Shown: piece by piece, positions 48,750 through 59,337 of the stretch
Layout of the letters: each line of letters begins with the position of its first letter
Numbering within the stretch: position 1 is the stretch's first letter
Virus record (IMG/VR): IMGVR_UViG_3300028377_000003
Location: 62,001-126,000 of that record
Length of the DNA: 64,000 bases
Source of the DNA: an uncultured virus (IMG/VR IMGVR_UViG_3300028377_000003)
Taxonomy: Duplodnaviria > Heunggongvirae > Uroviricota > Caudoviricetes
Direction: 5' to 3' (one strand)
The notes under the pieces: generated by a model
What the model was told of the DNA's origin: nothing
Databases searched by the model: none
What the model saw: the letters and a program-made list of their open reading frames with translations, nothing else
Translations under genes and position numbers: made by a program

Positions 48750-50513
48750 ATGCCTAGAGGAAGTAAAATGAGAGATCAAAATAAAGATTCAGTAGTTGTG
48801 TCGAGTGTCTCACAAGTCCAGTCCCTTTTGGGTAGCCAAAAGAAGGCCGAGGTGAACGAGATCCAACCACGAACCAAGAAGATCTCATCGAATGCGGTGG
48901 GTATGTTTGGTGGTGGTGGTATCGGGAGCGGTGGGGGTGCCTTCGGTAACGGTGGCATGGCAATGGGTACGGCGACGAATATCTATTCGCCGCACCTGTC
49001 AACCGACTTCTTGGAGTTGCCTCAGAACCTTGTAGAGATGCGGTCCTATTACCGTTTTTTCTACAACAACGATCCGTATGTGGGGCAGGCGATTGATCTC
49101 CATACGGAATTGCCGCTTTCCAAGTTGCGCCTTACGTTGCCGAAAGGCCGGGACCCGGACAAAAACAGGGAAATCCTCAAGTTTTTTGAGGACATGGTTG
49201 CACGCACGGACCTTCTTAACGCCCTGATTGATGCTACCCGTGAGTATTACGTCGTAGGCGAGGCATTCCTTTTCGCCGAAGACACCGATATCGAGGTACC
49301 GGAATACGTGTATCTTGAACGGGTTAACCGCCTTGACCCCGAGACCGGGGAAATCTCGACGTCGCTTGAACGCCGGGACAACGCTGAAAAGTTGATCGAG
49401 ACTTACAAGCAACAGAATTACAAAGGGTGGGATCGCGTCATTCTATTGCCGCCTGATCAGGTGGAAATCGAGACGTTCCAGTATTCAAGCAAGGTACGAA
49501 TCGAACTGGTCCCGGACGCTAAGACCAAGAACATGGTCAAGTCGGCACTCAATGGTGATCCCGCAGCAGCGGAAGCCCTAGAGGATGTGCCTGAAGAGAT
49601 CATCGATTACATTTCGAATGAAGAGAACCTTCCCTTGGGTTCCGACCCTTATGAGGGTTCGTTCGTATTCCATTTGGCCCGTAAAAAGCCGCCCGGTGAC
49701 GATCACGGCGTCAGCATCTTGCAGAGGTGTTTGCGCACCTTGGTTTACCGGGACAAGTTGCGACAGACACAGACGTCTATTGCATCCCGTGCAATGACTC
49801 CTAAGCGCCTTATCTGGGCCGAGGACATGGATGAGTGGGATGTGGAAGACCTACGCGAACAGGTAGACTTGGCGTTGCTTGACCCGGACTACAGCATCAT
49901 CACGAACTTCCAAGTCAATTGGGAAGAGATCAGCGCCCGTGACCGTCTGTTGGATCTCAACAGCGAATACGACATTACAGATCGGCAGCTATTTGCTGGT
50001 CTTGGCGTAACTGAATCTATGTTGACCGGTGAAAGTTCGTACAGCGGCGAGCGAATCAACATCGAGGTGATCAACACTCGGTATATGCTTTATAGGGAAC
50101 GTATTCAGACCTATGTGGAAGAGTCCATCTTCAAACCGGTCGCTGAGAAGAAAGGTTTTTGGGAGTACGACGAGTTCGATAACAAAGTTCTATTGTACCC
50201 TCAGTTGAGCTTCACACGATTGGCGCTTCGGGACAACCGAGACACTTTCGATGCGATGTTCAATCTGTATCAGAAGGGATCGCTATCGGTCGGGTACATT
50301 TTGGAGTTGTTCAACTTGGATCCGCAATCCGTCGAAGAGCGCTTGATGGACGATTTGATGACCGTCAACGACGCCATGTTCAATGAGATTGTCCGAAGCG
50401 CATATTCCGAAGTGGGCCGTGCGCTACCCAAGCAGTCAGACTTGGTAGAGCGTCTGATTGATTACCTTAATCTGGAGTATCGTCCGCCCGAGGACGAAAA
50501 TGATAGATGGTAA
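48750..50513 (+). CDS. Portal protein
   Basis: 587 aa after terminase; PYVGQAIDLH, YYVVGEAF, HLAR...HGVSIL, GLGV.ESMLTGE. Confidence 0.75.
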   Translation: MPRGSKMRDQNKDSVVVSSVSQVQSLLGSQKKAEVNEIQPRTKKISSNAVGMFGGGGIGSGGGAFGNGGMAMGTATNIYSPHLSTDFLELPQNLVEMRSYYRFFYNNDPYVGQAIDLHTELPLSKLRLTLPKGRDPDKNREILKFFEDMVARTDLLNALIDATREYYVVGEAFLFAEDTDIEVPEYVYLERVNRLDPETGEISTSLERRDNAEKLIETYKQQNYKGWDRVILLPPDQVEIETFQYSSKVRIELVPDAKTKNMVKSALNGDPAAAEALEDVPEEIIDYISNEENLPLGSDPYEGSFVFHLARKKPPGDDHGVSILQRCLRTLVYRDKLRQTQTSIASRAMTPKRLIWAEDMDEWDVEDLREQVDLALLDPDYSIITNFQVNWEEISARDRLLDLNSEYDITDRQLFAGLGVTESMLTGESSYSGERINIEVINTRYMLYRERIQTYVEESIFKPVAEKKGFWEYDEFDNKVLLYPQLSFTRLALRDNRDTFDAMFNLYQKGSLSVGYILELFNLDPQSVEERLMDDLMTVNDAMFNEIVRSAYSEVGRALPKQSDLVERLIDYLNLEYRPPEDENDRW

Positions 50514-52615
50514 AACACGCTACAAAAGATGAGGCTGAAAAGGAGGAGGAAGAGGCAGAGCGCCTCGTCCGTAAGTCACCTAAGAAAAAGCCTCCACGCC
50601 GGGATAAGGAGCGGGGTCGTATTAAAAAAGACGACCCTGATCTGGACAAGAAGGATGAGGACCTTTCGATGAACTATAAGGACATCGGAGGGTCCGTCAT
50701 TCTTGCCCGGTGGGTTGCGTCTGAACATGCGTCGCGTGTGGCAACAGCTTCCGAAGAGGAGTTCCTGAACACAGAGGTCAAGAACCCTAATTCGGAGGGC
50801 AAAGACAACGTTAAGCTCAAGTCACTCCAGAAAAAACCGGAGGGATCTCCGGGCCGCAAGAAATACGAACAGGAACGCAAGAAGTGGGAGAAGGCTAAAA
50901 AAGACGACGAGGGTAAGTCCAAGAAGAAAAAGAAGAAGACCAAGCCCAAGTCTAAGCCTAAGAGGCCACCACAGGACGATAGCGGCGTTTCTGAAGATCG
51001 TATGGATGAGTTGCAAGAGGCGGGTACAGATGAACTGTACGACCTTGCTGAAAGCTCTGACCCCTCCGAACAAGAGGCGGCCTTGAAGGTTATCAAGGAG
51101 CGCAAAAAGCCACTTCCCACAGGTTTCCCCGAACCTAGTAGTTTCAAGGGCACCCTATCGGGCCAGCAAGTATCACAGTTGAAGGAGCAGATCAAGAACT
51201 GGGACTTGATGGATTACAACACGAACATGAAGTCCCTGAAAGAGAATTGGTTGGAAGCCAACATGTCCGGGAACGACCGGGAGATGGATTACTTTCAAGA
51301 GGTGATGGACACTTACGAAAACTCTGCGGGAGCTATCCGAAGCAAAACGCTTCGGGATGCGGAAAGTCCCGAAGACCTTATGGAAGGTGAAGAGGATCTG
51401 AATGAGCCTTTCACGGATGCGGACAAAAAGGGCCTGCAGCGTAAGCGTAATGCTTGGTACCAGTCGGCGATGTTTTCGCCGCTGAACTCCGTGCAGGATA
51501 TGCTTGAGAAGGTAGAGGCCCAGCTAAATGGGGAAGCGCAGGAAGAGGGTGGGGGCGGTAAAAACCTTGAAGTCCAGATAGACAACGACGGCAATAAAAA
51601 GGTGATCGACCACAGCGAACCGGACACGGTGGAAGAGGGGTCGAAGAAAGAGGTCTATCTCAAGGAGATGCAAGGGCTCCTTCAAGAAGTCCGTGACCGC
51701 AAGATGTTCGATAAGAACTCAAGCGCGGATCGCTTTTTGATGACGGTCCGGGATGAAAGTGAAAGTGAGGCTATCAAGGATTTGGATCCCGGTTCTTACG
51801 ATTTCACAGATGATGAAGACATTAACAATTTTTTGGGCAAGGTCCGCAATCTGGGGTCGGCAGATATAGCTAGATTGGTCAAGGATGAGCCTATTTACCG
51901 GATGTATTTCAGTTTTGATGAGTCGGAAGATCCCGAGAATGTATCTATAACTGATAGAGAGAAGAGCGAGTTCATGGATAGTTTGCACGAGGATCTGAAG
52001 GTGCGCGGCTTTTACGAGCAGCTTCGGTTCCATAATGACGAGGATAACAACGTCTTTAATAAAGGCTCACTCCTCGCATACCGTGATCAGGCTATAAAAG
52101 ACTTGCAGAATTCGGGGCACAGCCTCGAAGAAAGTAAGGGCAACAAGAAGACGAAGCACCGCAGTTTCTGGGGCATGTTCTTAGATTGGATGGACGACAT
52201 GGTAAAAGACACCAATAAGAAATCAGCCGTGGAAGGGCGGTCCGTGCAGGCGGGTATCGCATCCGCATTCAAGAAGGCCGGGCTAAAGACCGCTCAGTAT
52301 CGCGGATTGCCCGGTCCACTTGCGGAAGATGATCCGTACAAGCCGCAGGCACCTAAGTGGCGTTTGCCTAAATCCAGACGGGATTTAGACCTCGACGATT
52401 ACATGGAGATCGTCAAAGAGGCCCGTGTCTGGCTCAAGGATTCGTACCTAACGCACGAACTTGTAGAAAAAGACTTTCGAATGGCGTGCAGCTTGGCTCT
52501 CGACTATTCCATCTATACAGCGTCTGATTACAAGTATAACGGTGCGGTAGGGGCACCTGAGTACGATCGCTTGCTCGATATCCTGCTTAGGATCGAAGGC
52601 AAAGGCGATCACTAA
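50507..52615 (+). CDS. Highly charged hypothetical protein (head-associated?)
   Basis: 702 aa, K/E-rich, within head module. Confidence 0.75.
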   Translation: MVKHATKDEAEKEEEEAERLVRKSPKKKPPRRDKERGRIKKDDPDLDKKDEDLSMNYKDIGGSVILARWVASEHASRVATASEEEFLNTEVKNPNSEGKDNVKLKSLQKKPEGSPGRKKYEQERKKWEKAKKDDEGKSKKKKKKTKPKSKPKRPPQDDSGVSEDRMDELQEAGTDELYDLAESSDPSEQEAALKVIKERKKPLPTGFPEPSSFKGTLSGQQVSQLKEQIKNWDLMDYNTNMKSLKENWLEANMSGNDREMDYFQEVMDTYENSAGAIRSKTLRDAESPEDLMEGEEDLNEPFTDADKKGLQRKRNAWYQSAMFSPLNSVQDMLEKVEAQLNGEAQEEGGGGKNLEVQIDNDGNKKVIDHSEPDTVEEGSKKEVYLKEMQGLLQEVRDRKMFDKNSSADRFLMTVRDESESEAIKDLDPGSYDFTDDEDINNFLGKVRNLGSADIARLVKDEPIYRMYFSFDESEDPENVSITDREKSEFMDSLHEDLKVRGFYEQLRFHNDEDNNVFNKGSLLAYRDQAIKDLQNSGHSLEESKGNKKTKHRSFWGMFLDWMDDMVKDTNKKSAVEGRSVQAGIASAFKKAGLKTAQYRGLPGPLAEDDPYKPQAPKWRLPKSRRDLDLDDYMEIVKEARVWLKDSYLTHELVEKDFRMACSLALDYSIYTASDYKYNGAVGAPEYDRLLDILLRIEGKGDH

Positions 52616-52689
52616 TCCTTTTATACCTACGGATTGATAGCGTGGATCAACTGTACCATAAGTAACCCCCCGATCAAGGGAGATTTGAT

Positions 52690-53106
52690 ATGCTGACTAA
52701 GAAAGAGGCAATTGCCCTCACAAAGCGTCTTGACAAGATCGCGAATCATGTCCAAGGCAATTTCGACCAGATGGGCCTTTCCAAAAAGGCTGCATACGAC
52801 TTTTGTCTGTATCTGGATCAAACGGCTGACGGTCTTGAAAAGGCTGCTGGTGTTGAGCGTAGTGCCAAGACGCTTCAGCGTGCGCCGGATGAAGAGTACA
52901 TGGACTCGTTCAACTCGCCGAAAGGGCCGGTCAAAATCGACCCGGACGAGCAGTACATGAACGAGTATGAGAATGACGACGATTCTCAAGTCGTGGAAGA
53001 CGACCAGATCGCTCCGATGAATGACGGAGATTGGGAAGTCGACGCCGGTGACGAAGACGATTGGTACACCGAAGCGGGCGAAGACGACTGGCACCTCGAC
53101 CTGTAA
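52690..53106 (+). CDS. Acidic hypothetical protein
   Basis: GGGAG RBS; 138 aa. Confidence 0.75.
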   Translation: MLTKKEAIALTKRLDKIANHVQGNFDQMGLSKKAAYDFCLYLDQTADGLEKAAGVERSAKTLQRAPDEEYMDSFNSPKGPVKIDPDEQYMNEYENDDDSQVVEDDQIAPMNDGDWEVDAGDEDDWYTEAGEDDWHLDL

Positions 53107-53131
53107 TTCCGTTTTGTTTCAGGTGGCCAGC

Positions 53132-53794
53132 ATGAACCTTCGTGACCGACTTATTCGCCTTGGATCGGCGAACCCTAATTTGCGCCCGCATTTGCGCCTG
53201 CTTCTTCGGAAGCTGGCCATTAAGGCGCTGGGGTCCGTTGCTACACAAGAGGCGAAAATGGTCGGTACGCTCATCAATGAGCGTATGGAGGTTGATTGGG
53301 TTACGGATACTCGTGATCCACGGTGGAAAGATGCGATCGGGACGGAAAGGTACGATGAGGCTTTTGCCGAATTCGTATCCCTGAACGAACGTATCTTGAC
53401 GCATGTGCGAAAAGCGGCACGTGAGTTCTATGTTTTCCTCGAAGGAGGCGGCAAAGAGCTTGGGTCGTATGGCCTAACGGTCAAGGTCGGGAAGCCAGAA
53501 TACTTTTCGACCGACCCGGAAGAATGGGTAGCGTCCGAATTCGCTGTTGATGTGATGGTTAAAGATCATGTGGGCAGTTCGTCTTCGAAAATGCGTTACC
53601 GAGTGGTTGTTCGAAACCCTCTATCTGTGACGGATACGGTCAACGATATCAACTTTATGGCTTCCGGGGGAAGGGATTCGACATTATCGGCTGCTGACAT
53701 GTTCATCCAGTCGATGTCCCCTTTCCGTCACCTGAAGGATAAGGATTTTGGTCGATGGCGTCAACGACGACAGGGACTTCTCAATGACCGGTAA
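53132..53794 (+). CDS. Hypothetical protein with shared N-terminal leader motif
   Basis: MNLRDRLIRLGSANPNLRPHLRLLLRKLA; AGGTGG RBS. Confidence 0.75.
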   Translation: MNLRDRLIRLGSANPNLRPHLRLLLRKLAIKALGSVATQEAKMVGTLINERMEVDWVTDTRDPRWKDAIGTERYDEAFAEFVSLNERILTHVRKAAREFYVFLEGGGKELGSYGLTVKVGKPEYFSTDPEEWVASEFAVDVMVKDHVGSSSSKMRYRVVVRNPLSVTDTVNDINFMASGGRDSTLSAADMFIQSMSPFRHLKDKDFGRWRQRRQGLLNDR

Positions 53795-54554
53795 GCGATC
53801 TTTCATAGACCACCAGCAACTGGCTACCCGATTCGAAGTTGGGGACCGGGTGTATTATGTGGATCCGCACCGGATGCGGAGATCCCCCCATGTTGGCGTA
53901 GTGACGAAAGTCCACCGAGGCATTGGGTTTGTCGATGTAGATTTCGGGTGGGGTAACGAACGTATCACCCCCGAAGAGTTGGCACCGGCTGAAACACCGG
54001 GTGCTGAAGACGGTCCCGATGACCCGGTAGAATTCATGGATGATCAAGATCAAAGAACCGCCATGTGTTCACACGACTTAGCTAAAAGCCTAGCCCGCCA
54101 TTACCGCCAGCGCGTATCCCACCTTTATCTCACTGCCAATCACTTTTGTGAGCAAGGCATTGAGCAGATGGATACGTACCACACGATTTACAAGCGGTAT
54201 ATGGGCGAGTTTTCGGATTTCGAGATCAAACATGCCGTGAAGACGGCTTTCGAAGCTCCTGAACAAATTCGTAAAGCAATGTACTGGAAAGAGAAAGGAC
54301 GCCAGTACGTGCCTACGCAACAGGAGTTGGATACCGGATGTTTTCATTGTCCCCGGTGCAAGAGCGTTGAGCTAGAGCAAACGATCTACAAAAAGTGGAC
54401 GAAGCTCTATGCGTGCCGGGAATGCCTGTTCTTGATTAAGCCAGCGGACATCCTCGACTCGCTCGATGATGCAGCCCGTGAAGAGGCGGAGGAACAGCTT
54501 GGATGGAGTCCTAGTGTATCGGACCCGGCGAAAGCATTTAACGAGTGGCTATAA
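53784..54554 (+). CDS. Hypothetical protein (SH3/KOW-like N-terminus, Zn ribbon)
   Basis: FEVGDRV...GVV; CPRC...CREC. Confidence 0.7.
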   Translation: MTGKRSFIDHQQLATRFEVGDRVYYVDPHRMRRSPHVGVVTKVHRGIGFVDVDFGWGNERITPEELAPAETPGAEDGPDDPVEFMDDQDQRTAMCSHDLAKSLARHYRQRVSHLYLTANHFCEQGIEQMDTYHTIYKRYMGEFSDFEIKHAVKTAFEAPEQIRKAMYWKEKGRQYVPTQQELDTGCFHCPRCKSVELEQTIYKKWTKLYACRECLFLIKPADILDSLDDAAREEAEEQLGWSPSVSDPAKAFNEWL

Positions 54555-54572
54555 TGATTGCGAGGCAGACGG

Positions 54573-54989
54573 ATGAGTTTACGCGACAGTATCATCCGAC
54601 TGGCCTATAGAAGCCCTTCCAGACGATCACGCCTACTACCACTAGTTAAACTAGCTACCAACCTTAGCACGCTCGATGTGCGGATTTTCGATTTCGTCAG
54701 GAACCAATTCCTGCAGGAATTGACCGATAATTTCGTCGAGAGCTTTGACTATAAAACTACGATTACGAAAAAGGATCTAGGGTACATCGAAGGCAGTCGG
54801 AGCCATTTCACGTGGCGGCTAAAATTTGACATTGTTCATCGAGGCAGTGCTTACGAGATCGAAACGACGCTTCATGCAGGGACGTCTTTTCAGGACGCAC
54901 AGTTTATTAAGTTCGAAACCGGTCAACACGAGTCGCTCGAAGACCTTTTCGACAAGATCAACGATTCGCTTTCCAATTTCATGACGTGA
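54573..54989 (+). CDS. Hypothetical protein with variant leader motif
   Basis: MSLRDSIIRLAYRSPSRRSRLLPLVKLA. Confidence 0.7.
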   Translation: MSLRDSIIRLAYRSPSRRSRLLPLVKLATNLSTLDVRIFDFVRNQFLQELTDNFVESFDYKTTITKKDLGYIEGSRSHFTWRLKFDIVHRGSAYEIETTLHAGTSFQDAQFIKFETGQHESLEDLFDKINDSLSNFMT

Positions 54990-54994
54990 CCACT

Positions 54995-55348
54995 ATGGAC
55001 CTGAAAGATCAACTGGTCAAGTTGGGCAAATCTAAGCCGAAATTGCGTAAGCACCTCCGGTACCTGCTCGCCGCTGTTGATCATTCGACGTATAAAAAAC
55101 TTGCCTCCGATTTGAAAAGGGACGGCTGGTACATTCAAAGCGTTGGTTGGGATCACGTTCGTGTTTCGCACGAAGATCTTAATGCAAAATGGGTAGAGGT
55201 CCGGTTGGAGGAAGATGTAGATCCCCCCGATGCGCTAACCATGTCTATCCATTTTGATAATCTACGTGGCGGTGAGGAATTGGCGGGGATCCGCAAGAAT
55301 GCCTTAAAAGGCGCTTTTTACGATCTTCTTGATAAGACAGGCCGCTAA
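54995..55348 (+). CDS. Hypothetical protein with shared leader motif
   Basis: MDLKDQLVKLGKSKPKLRKHLRYLLA. Confidence 0.7.
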   Translation: MDLKDQLVKLGKSKPKLRKHLRYLLAAVDHSTYKKLASDLKRDGWYIQSVGWDHVRVSHEDLNAKWVEVRLEEDVDPPDALTMSIHFDNLRGGEELAGIRKNALKGAFYDLLDKTGR

Positions 55349-55378
55349 TAGACAGGCTTAAACCAAATTGGTGATCCA

Positions 55379-56899
55379 ATGGCTTTTGTAAAATACGCTA
55401 ACGCAGTTGTTCAGTCGCCCCGTGTAGGACTTGAGGGGTGGAACACGTATCGGCAAAGCAAGCTCCTTGCGGGGGTTGACTTTGGTAGCCGTACATCTGC
55501 CATTTCGATCGAGAACTACAGCCCGGATAAGTACCTCCTTACCCACTGCACTATTATCGCCTCTGTGGACGTTGACGAGGCCCCTAACAGCAAGACGGGT
55601 GAGGTTACGACCGATGATGGGCATACGATCAATAGACCGTATACGGACTATCTGATCAAGCCCGGCTGCTCCAAGTACATCAACCAGAACGGCGATGCTT
55701 GGGAGCGCAAACTACTCTTGTCTACATACAAGACGTTTGTGGGAGCCGAGAACTATGTAGAGCATATCCAGATCCCGGAACTAAGCAAGGGCAAAATTAT
55801 CGACGCCGTTGCCCGTGATCTCGGGGACAGCGTGTACGTCGACATTCTCGTCGCTACGGACCGCAAGCACAAGGATCTGGTAGCTAAGATCGAATCGGGG
55901 GAGCTTAACACCCTTTCGATGGGATGCACGATTGCTTTTTCGGCTTGCACCAAGTGCGGCAACGTAGCCATTGACGAGCCACAGCTTTGCCACCACGTCA
56001 AGTATGAGAAGGGTAACAAGTTCATCGGCCCGGAAGGTAAGATCCGCGTTGTCGCTGAACTGTGCGGCCACCACACGGACCCTGAGTCTGTTAAGTTCAT
56101 CGAGGCATCTTGGGTAGGCAACCCCGCATTCAAAGGGGCGGTCATGCGCAACATCCTTGATCTGAACAAGCCGTCGACCAAAGAGCCGACGCCGTATGAA
56201 GAAGATAAGCTACAGAGCTTGATCCAAGAGGCACACACTAAATCCACGGTCAATCCCACTGAGGATTGGACCAAGTATTTCCTAAAGACCGCAAGCGCTC
56301 AGATCAGGACCGAAGTGAACGAGGCCGTATCGTCGGCATTCAATAGCTTTGCTCAGCGTCAAGCGTTTGACGACTTCGAAGAGGAAGAGGTCGAAGAGGA
56401 GGTCGAGGAAGAAGTGGGTTTGATCGACGATGTGTCGGACAAGCTGAAAGAAAAGATCAAAAAGCGTATTGAAAAAGAGTTGAAAGAAGAGCTTCGCGAG
56501 CAAGAAGAACCCAATGCAATGCCCGAAGCTGAACGCGCACCCAACGATTCGGTACACCATTCATATATGATTTTTGCGGAAAGGTACGCTAATGAGTTGG
56601 GTGGCCGTACCAAAAATGCGTTCCGCATTCTTTACATGCTTCAAGATCCAAACACCTTTTTCAAACACAAGCACCGGTTCGCGAATACAGACATTGTAAC
56701 AGCAATGTACCTGCACGACCGAGACGGTAAACGAGAATCCCTACCCCCAGAGTTTTATCTGAGTCTTCAAAAGGTCGGAAGCGCCAGCAATTATGGTGAT
56801 CTTCGACAGTTTTTGAAGGCATGTATACGGTCGCTTGGCCGTAAGATAAACCGCCGAGAAGCAGGAATTTTGCTCGAAAGGGCTAAATTTCTTAACTAA
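55379..56899 (+). CDS. Prohead (capsid maturation) protease-like protein
   Basis: NQNGD, YVEH, KGKIIDA, LSMGC, FIEASWVGNPAF; upstream of scaffold and capsid genes. Confidence 0.7.
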   Translation: MAFVKYANAVVQSPRVGLEGWNTYRQSKLLAGVDFGSRTSAISIENYSPDKYLLTHCTIIASVDVDEAPNSKTGEVTTDDGHTINRPYTDYLIKPGCSKYINQNGDAWERKLLLSTYKTFVGAENYVEHIQIPELSKGKIIDAVARDLGDSVYVDILVATDRKHKDLVAKIESGELNTLSMGCTIAFSACTKCGNVAIDEPQLCHHVKYEKGNKFIGPEGKIRVVAELCGHHTDPESVKFIEASWVGNPAFKGAVMRNILDLNKPSTKEPTPYEEDKLQSLIQEAHTKSTVNPTEDWTKYFLKTASAQIRTEVNEAVSSAFNSFAQRQAFDDFEEEEVEEEVEEEVGLIDDVSDKLKEKIKKRIEKELKEELREQEEPNAMPEAERAPNDSVHHSYMIFAERYANELGGRTKNAFRILYMLQDPNTFFKHKHRFANTDIVTAMYLHDRDGKRESLPPEFYLSLQKVGSASNYGDLRQFLKACIRSLGRKINRREAGILLERAKFLN

Positions 56900-57060
56900 T
56901 ACGAGTTTTTTCCGGTTATTCATTTGTACGAAGCGTCTTTAGTATACCCATCTCTAGGTGGGGTGCGCAGTGCTTCGTAATTCAAGTTAAGGCTCCGGCT
57001 TCGTACTTCGCATTATTCGTAAGCACGGTACCGTGATATCAGTTTTCTGGAGGTTACCCA

Positions 57061-58614
57061 ATGAGTAGAGATCGACTCTCGTGGAAAGCCCGCCGCCGTC
57101 AAGCGGAACGTCGTAAGAACGCCGATCCGTACACAATGAACCAAGATCGTACTCATGTACCCACAGAGGACTACATGATTGGCGATCCGGCAGTATGGGC
57201 AGAGGAACCCGTTGATGATCTTGAGGATCTCGACGGAACAGAACGTAATGAACTTGGTATGCCTGACATGCTAGACACCACACACGACCATAAGGACGTG
57301 GATGCGTGGAATAGCGGTGATGCATACGACAACGGCGACACGTTTGGTCCCGGCGATAAGCTGGACGGACGTGAGGCCAAGGTTCGTCTCGCCAAGATGC
57401 AGCGTCACTTCGATAAGAAAGCCTTTCAGTGCGTTCGTATCGCACAGGCTATTCTTCCGCAAGCTGGTGACGATGTGATCGCCGAGCAGGCCCTTGACCT
57501 TATGCCTCTTCCCGACGACGCAGTGGTTGCAACTTCCCTTCGGCTTTCTGAGCTACTGGAACGCATCGCTGAAGAAGACGCCGAGGAAGGCGACGACGAA
57601 GGTGGCGAGGATAAAGAAGCTTCCCTGAGTCCCGATGAAATGCTTCGCGTCATGATGGCCGAAGAAGAAGGGGACGATGAGGATGCTGACGAAGATGAGG
57701 CTAAAGACGCCTCGGATGATGACGACGACGATGAAGACGACGAAGGCGAAGGAAAAGAAGCCAGCGTTCGTCAGATGGTCGCCGAAGAACTCGCCAAACT
57801 TTTCGGACAGCCCAAAGTTGCCGAAGAAGATGAGGACGAGGAAGAAGACGAAGCGAAGGATGCTTCGGATGATGATGAAGAAGACGAAGCGAAGGACGCT
57901 TCGGATGATGAGGACGATGAGGACGAAGAAGAGTCCAAAGAGTCCAGCGTTCGCGAAGCGATCGCCCAAGAACTTGCTCGTATGTTCGGACAGCAGCCCA
58001 AGGTTGCCGAAGACGACGAGGAAGATGAGGACGACGCCGAAGAAGACGAAGCGAAGGATGCTTCGGACGACGAGGACGCCGATGAGGATGATGAGGACGC
58101 CGACAAGGAGTCCATGCTCGCCGATCTAATGGCGGAAGCAGGCATCGATCTTCAAGCCAACCCGGTTCTACAGCAAACACTCCGTGACATGCAGCGTCGG
58201 TCCGAAGAGGACGAAGACGATGAGGACATGGATGCTGATGCTTGTGGCGACATGGGTATGGACATGGGCGATGATATCGCCGCCGACGAGATGCTTGATG
58301 AAGATCTCGACGCCATGCTTAACGACATGGACCACGGAGCAGGTGCAAGCGAAGCTTCTGAGATCGGTATTGATCTTGAGCCTTCCCTTGACAATCTGGA
58401 TGCAGAAGCTCTCCTCGAAGAGGACGATGCTACGCTTCAGGCCCTTATGAACCGTCACTATTCGGTAGACGGACAGCAGGGCAAAAAGGCTTCAAAAGGT
58501 AGTAAAGGAGTATCACAACTCGGGCGGGTGAAAGAGGCTTCTTCCACGGGCGACGATGGTTTGTCGAAGCTGTGGGATAGTGCTCCCGACGTATCCAAGG
58601 TCTTCGGAAACTAA
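57061..58614 (+). CDS. Very acidic scaffold/prohead core-like protein with internal repeats
   Basis: GGAGG RBS; D/E-rich repeats with KEAS/KDAS/KVA; between protease and capsid genes. Confidence 0.65.
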   Translation: MSRDRLSWKARRRQAERRKNADPYTMNQDRTHVPTEDYMIGDPAVWAEEPVDDLEDLDGTERNELGMPDMLDTTHDHKDVDAWNSGDAYDNGDTFGPGDKLDGREAKVRLAKMQRHFDKKAFQCVRIAQAILPQAGDDVIAEQALDLMPLPDDAVVATSLRLSELLERIAEEDAEEGDDEGGEDKEASLSPDEMLRVMMAEEEGDDEDADEDEAKDASDDDDDDEDDEGEGKEASVRQMVAEELAKLFGQPKVAEEDEDEEEDEAKDASDDDEEDEAKDASDDEDDEDEEESKESSVREAIAQELARMFGQQPKVAEDDEEDEDDAEEDEAKDASDDEDADEDDEDADKESMLADLMAEAGIDLQANPVLQQTLRDMQRRSEEDEDDEDMDADACGDMGMDMGDDIAADEMLDEDLDAMLNDMDHGAGASEASEIGIDLEPSLDNLDAEALLEEDDATLQALMNRHYSVDGQQGKKASKGSKGVSQLGRVKEASSTGDDGLSKLWDSAPDVSKVFGN

Positions 58615-58690
58615 GAAGATCACGGACACGACGTCCGCTTTCACTGATATAAAGTTCGTAGCAATCAACTAACGTTAGGAGAGGTCTAAA

Positions 58691-59320
58691 ATGGCACTTC
58701 CCGGACAAGCGAGCGGTGATTTCACCGAAAGCAGCAGCGCCCTACGTATCCTGTATGTAGGAAACCGCAATTCGTTCGCACAGCTTACCACTGACGGGTT
58801 CACACAGACGAACCCTCCCGTCGATTCTGGTACGGCTGGCGCGACTAAATCTGACACACTACCGACTGCACCCAAGCGCGGTGTACTTGGTGGTTCCGTA
58901 TGTTTCACTCGACCCGATGCTGGTAACGGCATGGTCGGTGGACCCGTATCCGCAGCACCTGCTGGTGGTTCGGTAACCCCCCTCGGTCTGTTTATTAACG
59001 ACGCGGCGGGCAACGCATACGAAAACACCCCGGCACCGGCATCCGGTCAGGCTCCGTACCTGTCCGGCCAAGGCACCTACGGTCTTCGTCTCTATGAGAC
59101 GTATGATCTGGCTACCGCCAACGGCAATGTACCCCTTGATTGGCAGTCTGGAGACAAGGTTTACGCCTCTGTCAACGGTTACCTGACCAATCTCACCGAT
59201 GCTGCAAATGCCTTTGAGGCAAGCACGCCCGGTGGCGGTGGTACACCCCTTGCTATGGGTGTCGTGAAGATAGTACCGGATTCGGTACATGCAGAAATCG
59301 TCATTGACCAGCGTATCTAA
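58691..59320 (+). CDS. Putative head decoration / minor capsid protein
   Basis: Gly/Pro/Thr-rich, PLGLFIND, GDKVYAS.NGYLT; immediately before the capsid gene. Confidence 0.6.
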   Translation: MALPGQASGDFTESSSALRILYVGNRNSFAQLTTDGFTQTNPPVDSGTAGATKSDTLPTAPKRGVLGGSVCFTRPDAGNGMVGGPVSAAPAGGSVTPLGLFINDAAGNAYENTPAPASGQAPYLSGQGTYGLRLYETYDLATANGNVPLDWQSGDKVYASVNGYLTNLTDAANAFEASTPGGGGTPLAMGVVKIVPDSVHAEIVIDQRI

Positions 59321-59337
59321 GCTAAGGAGCCAGACTT

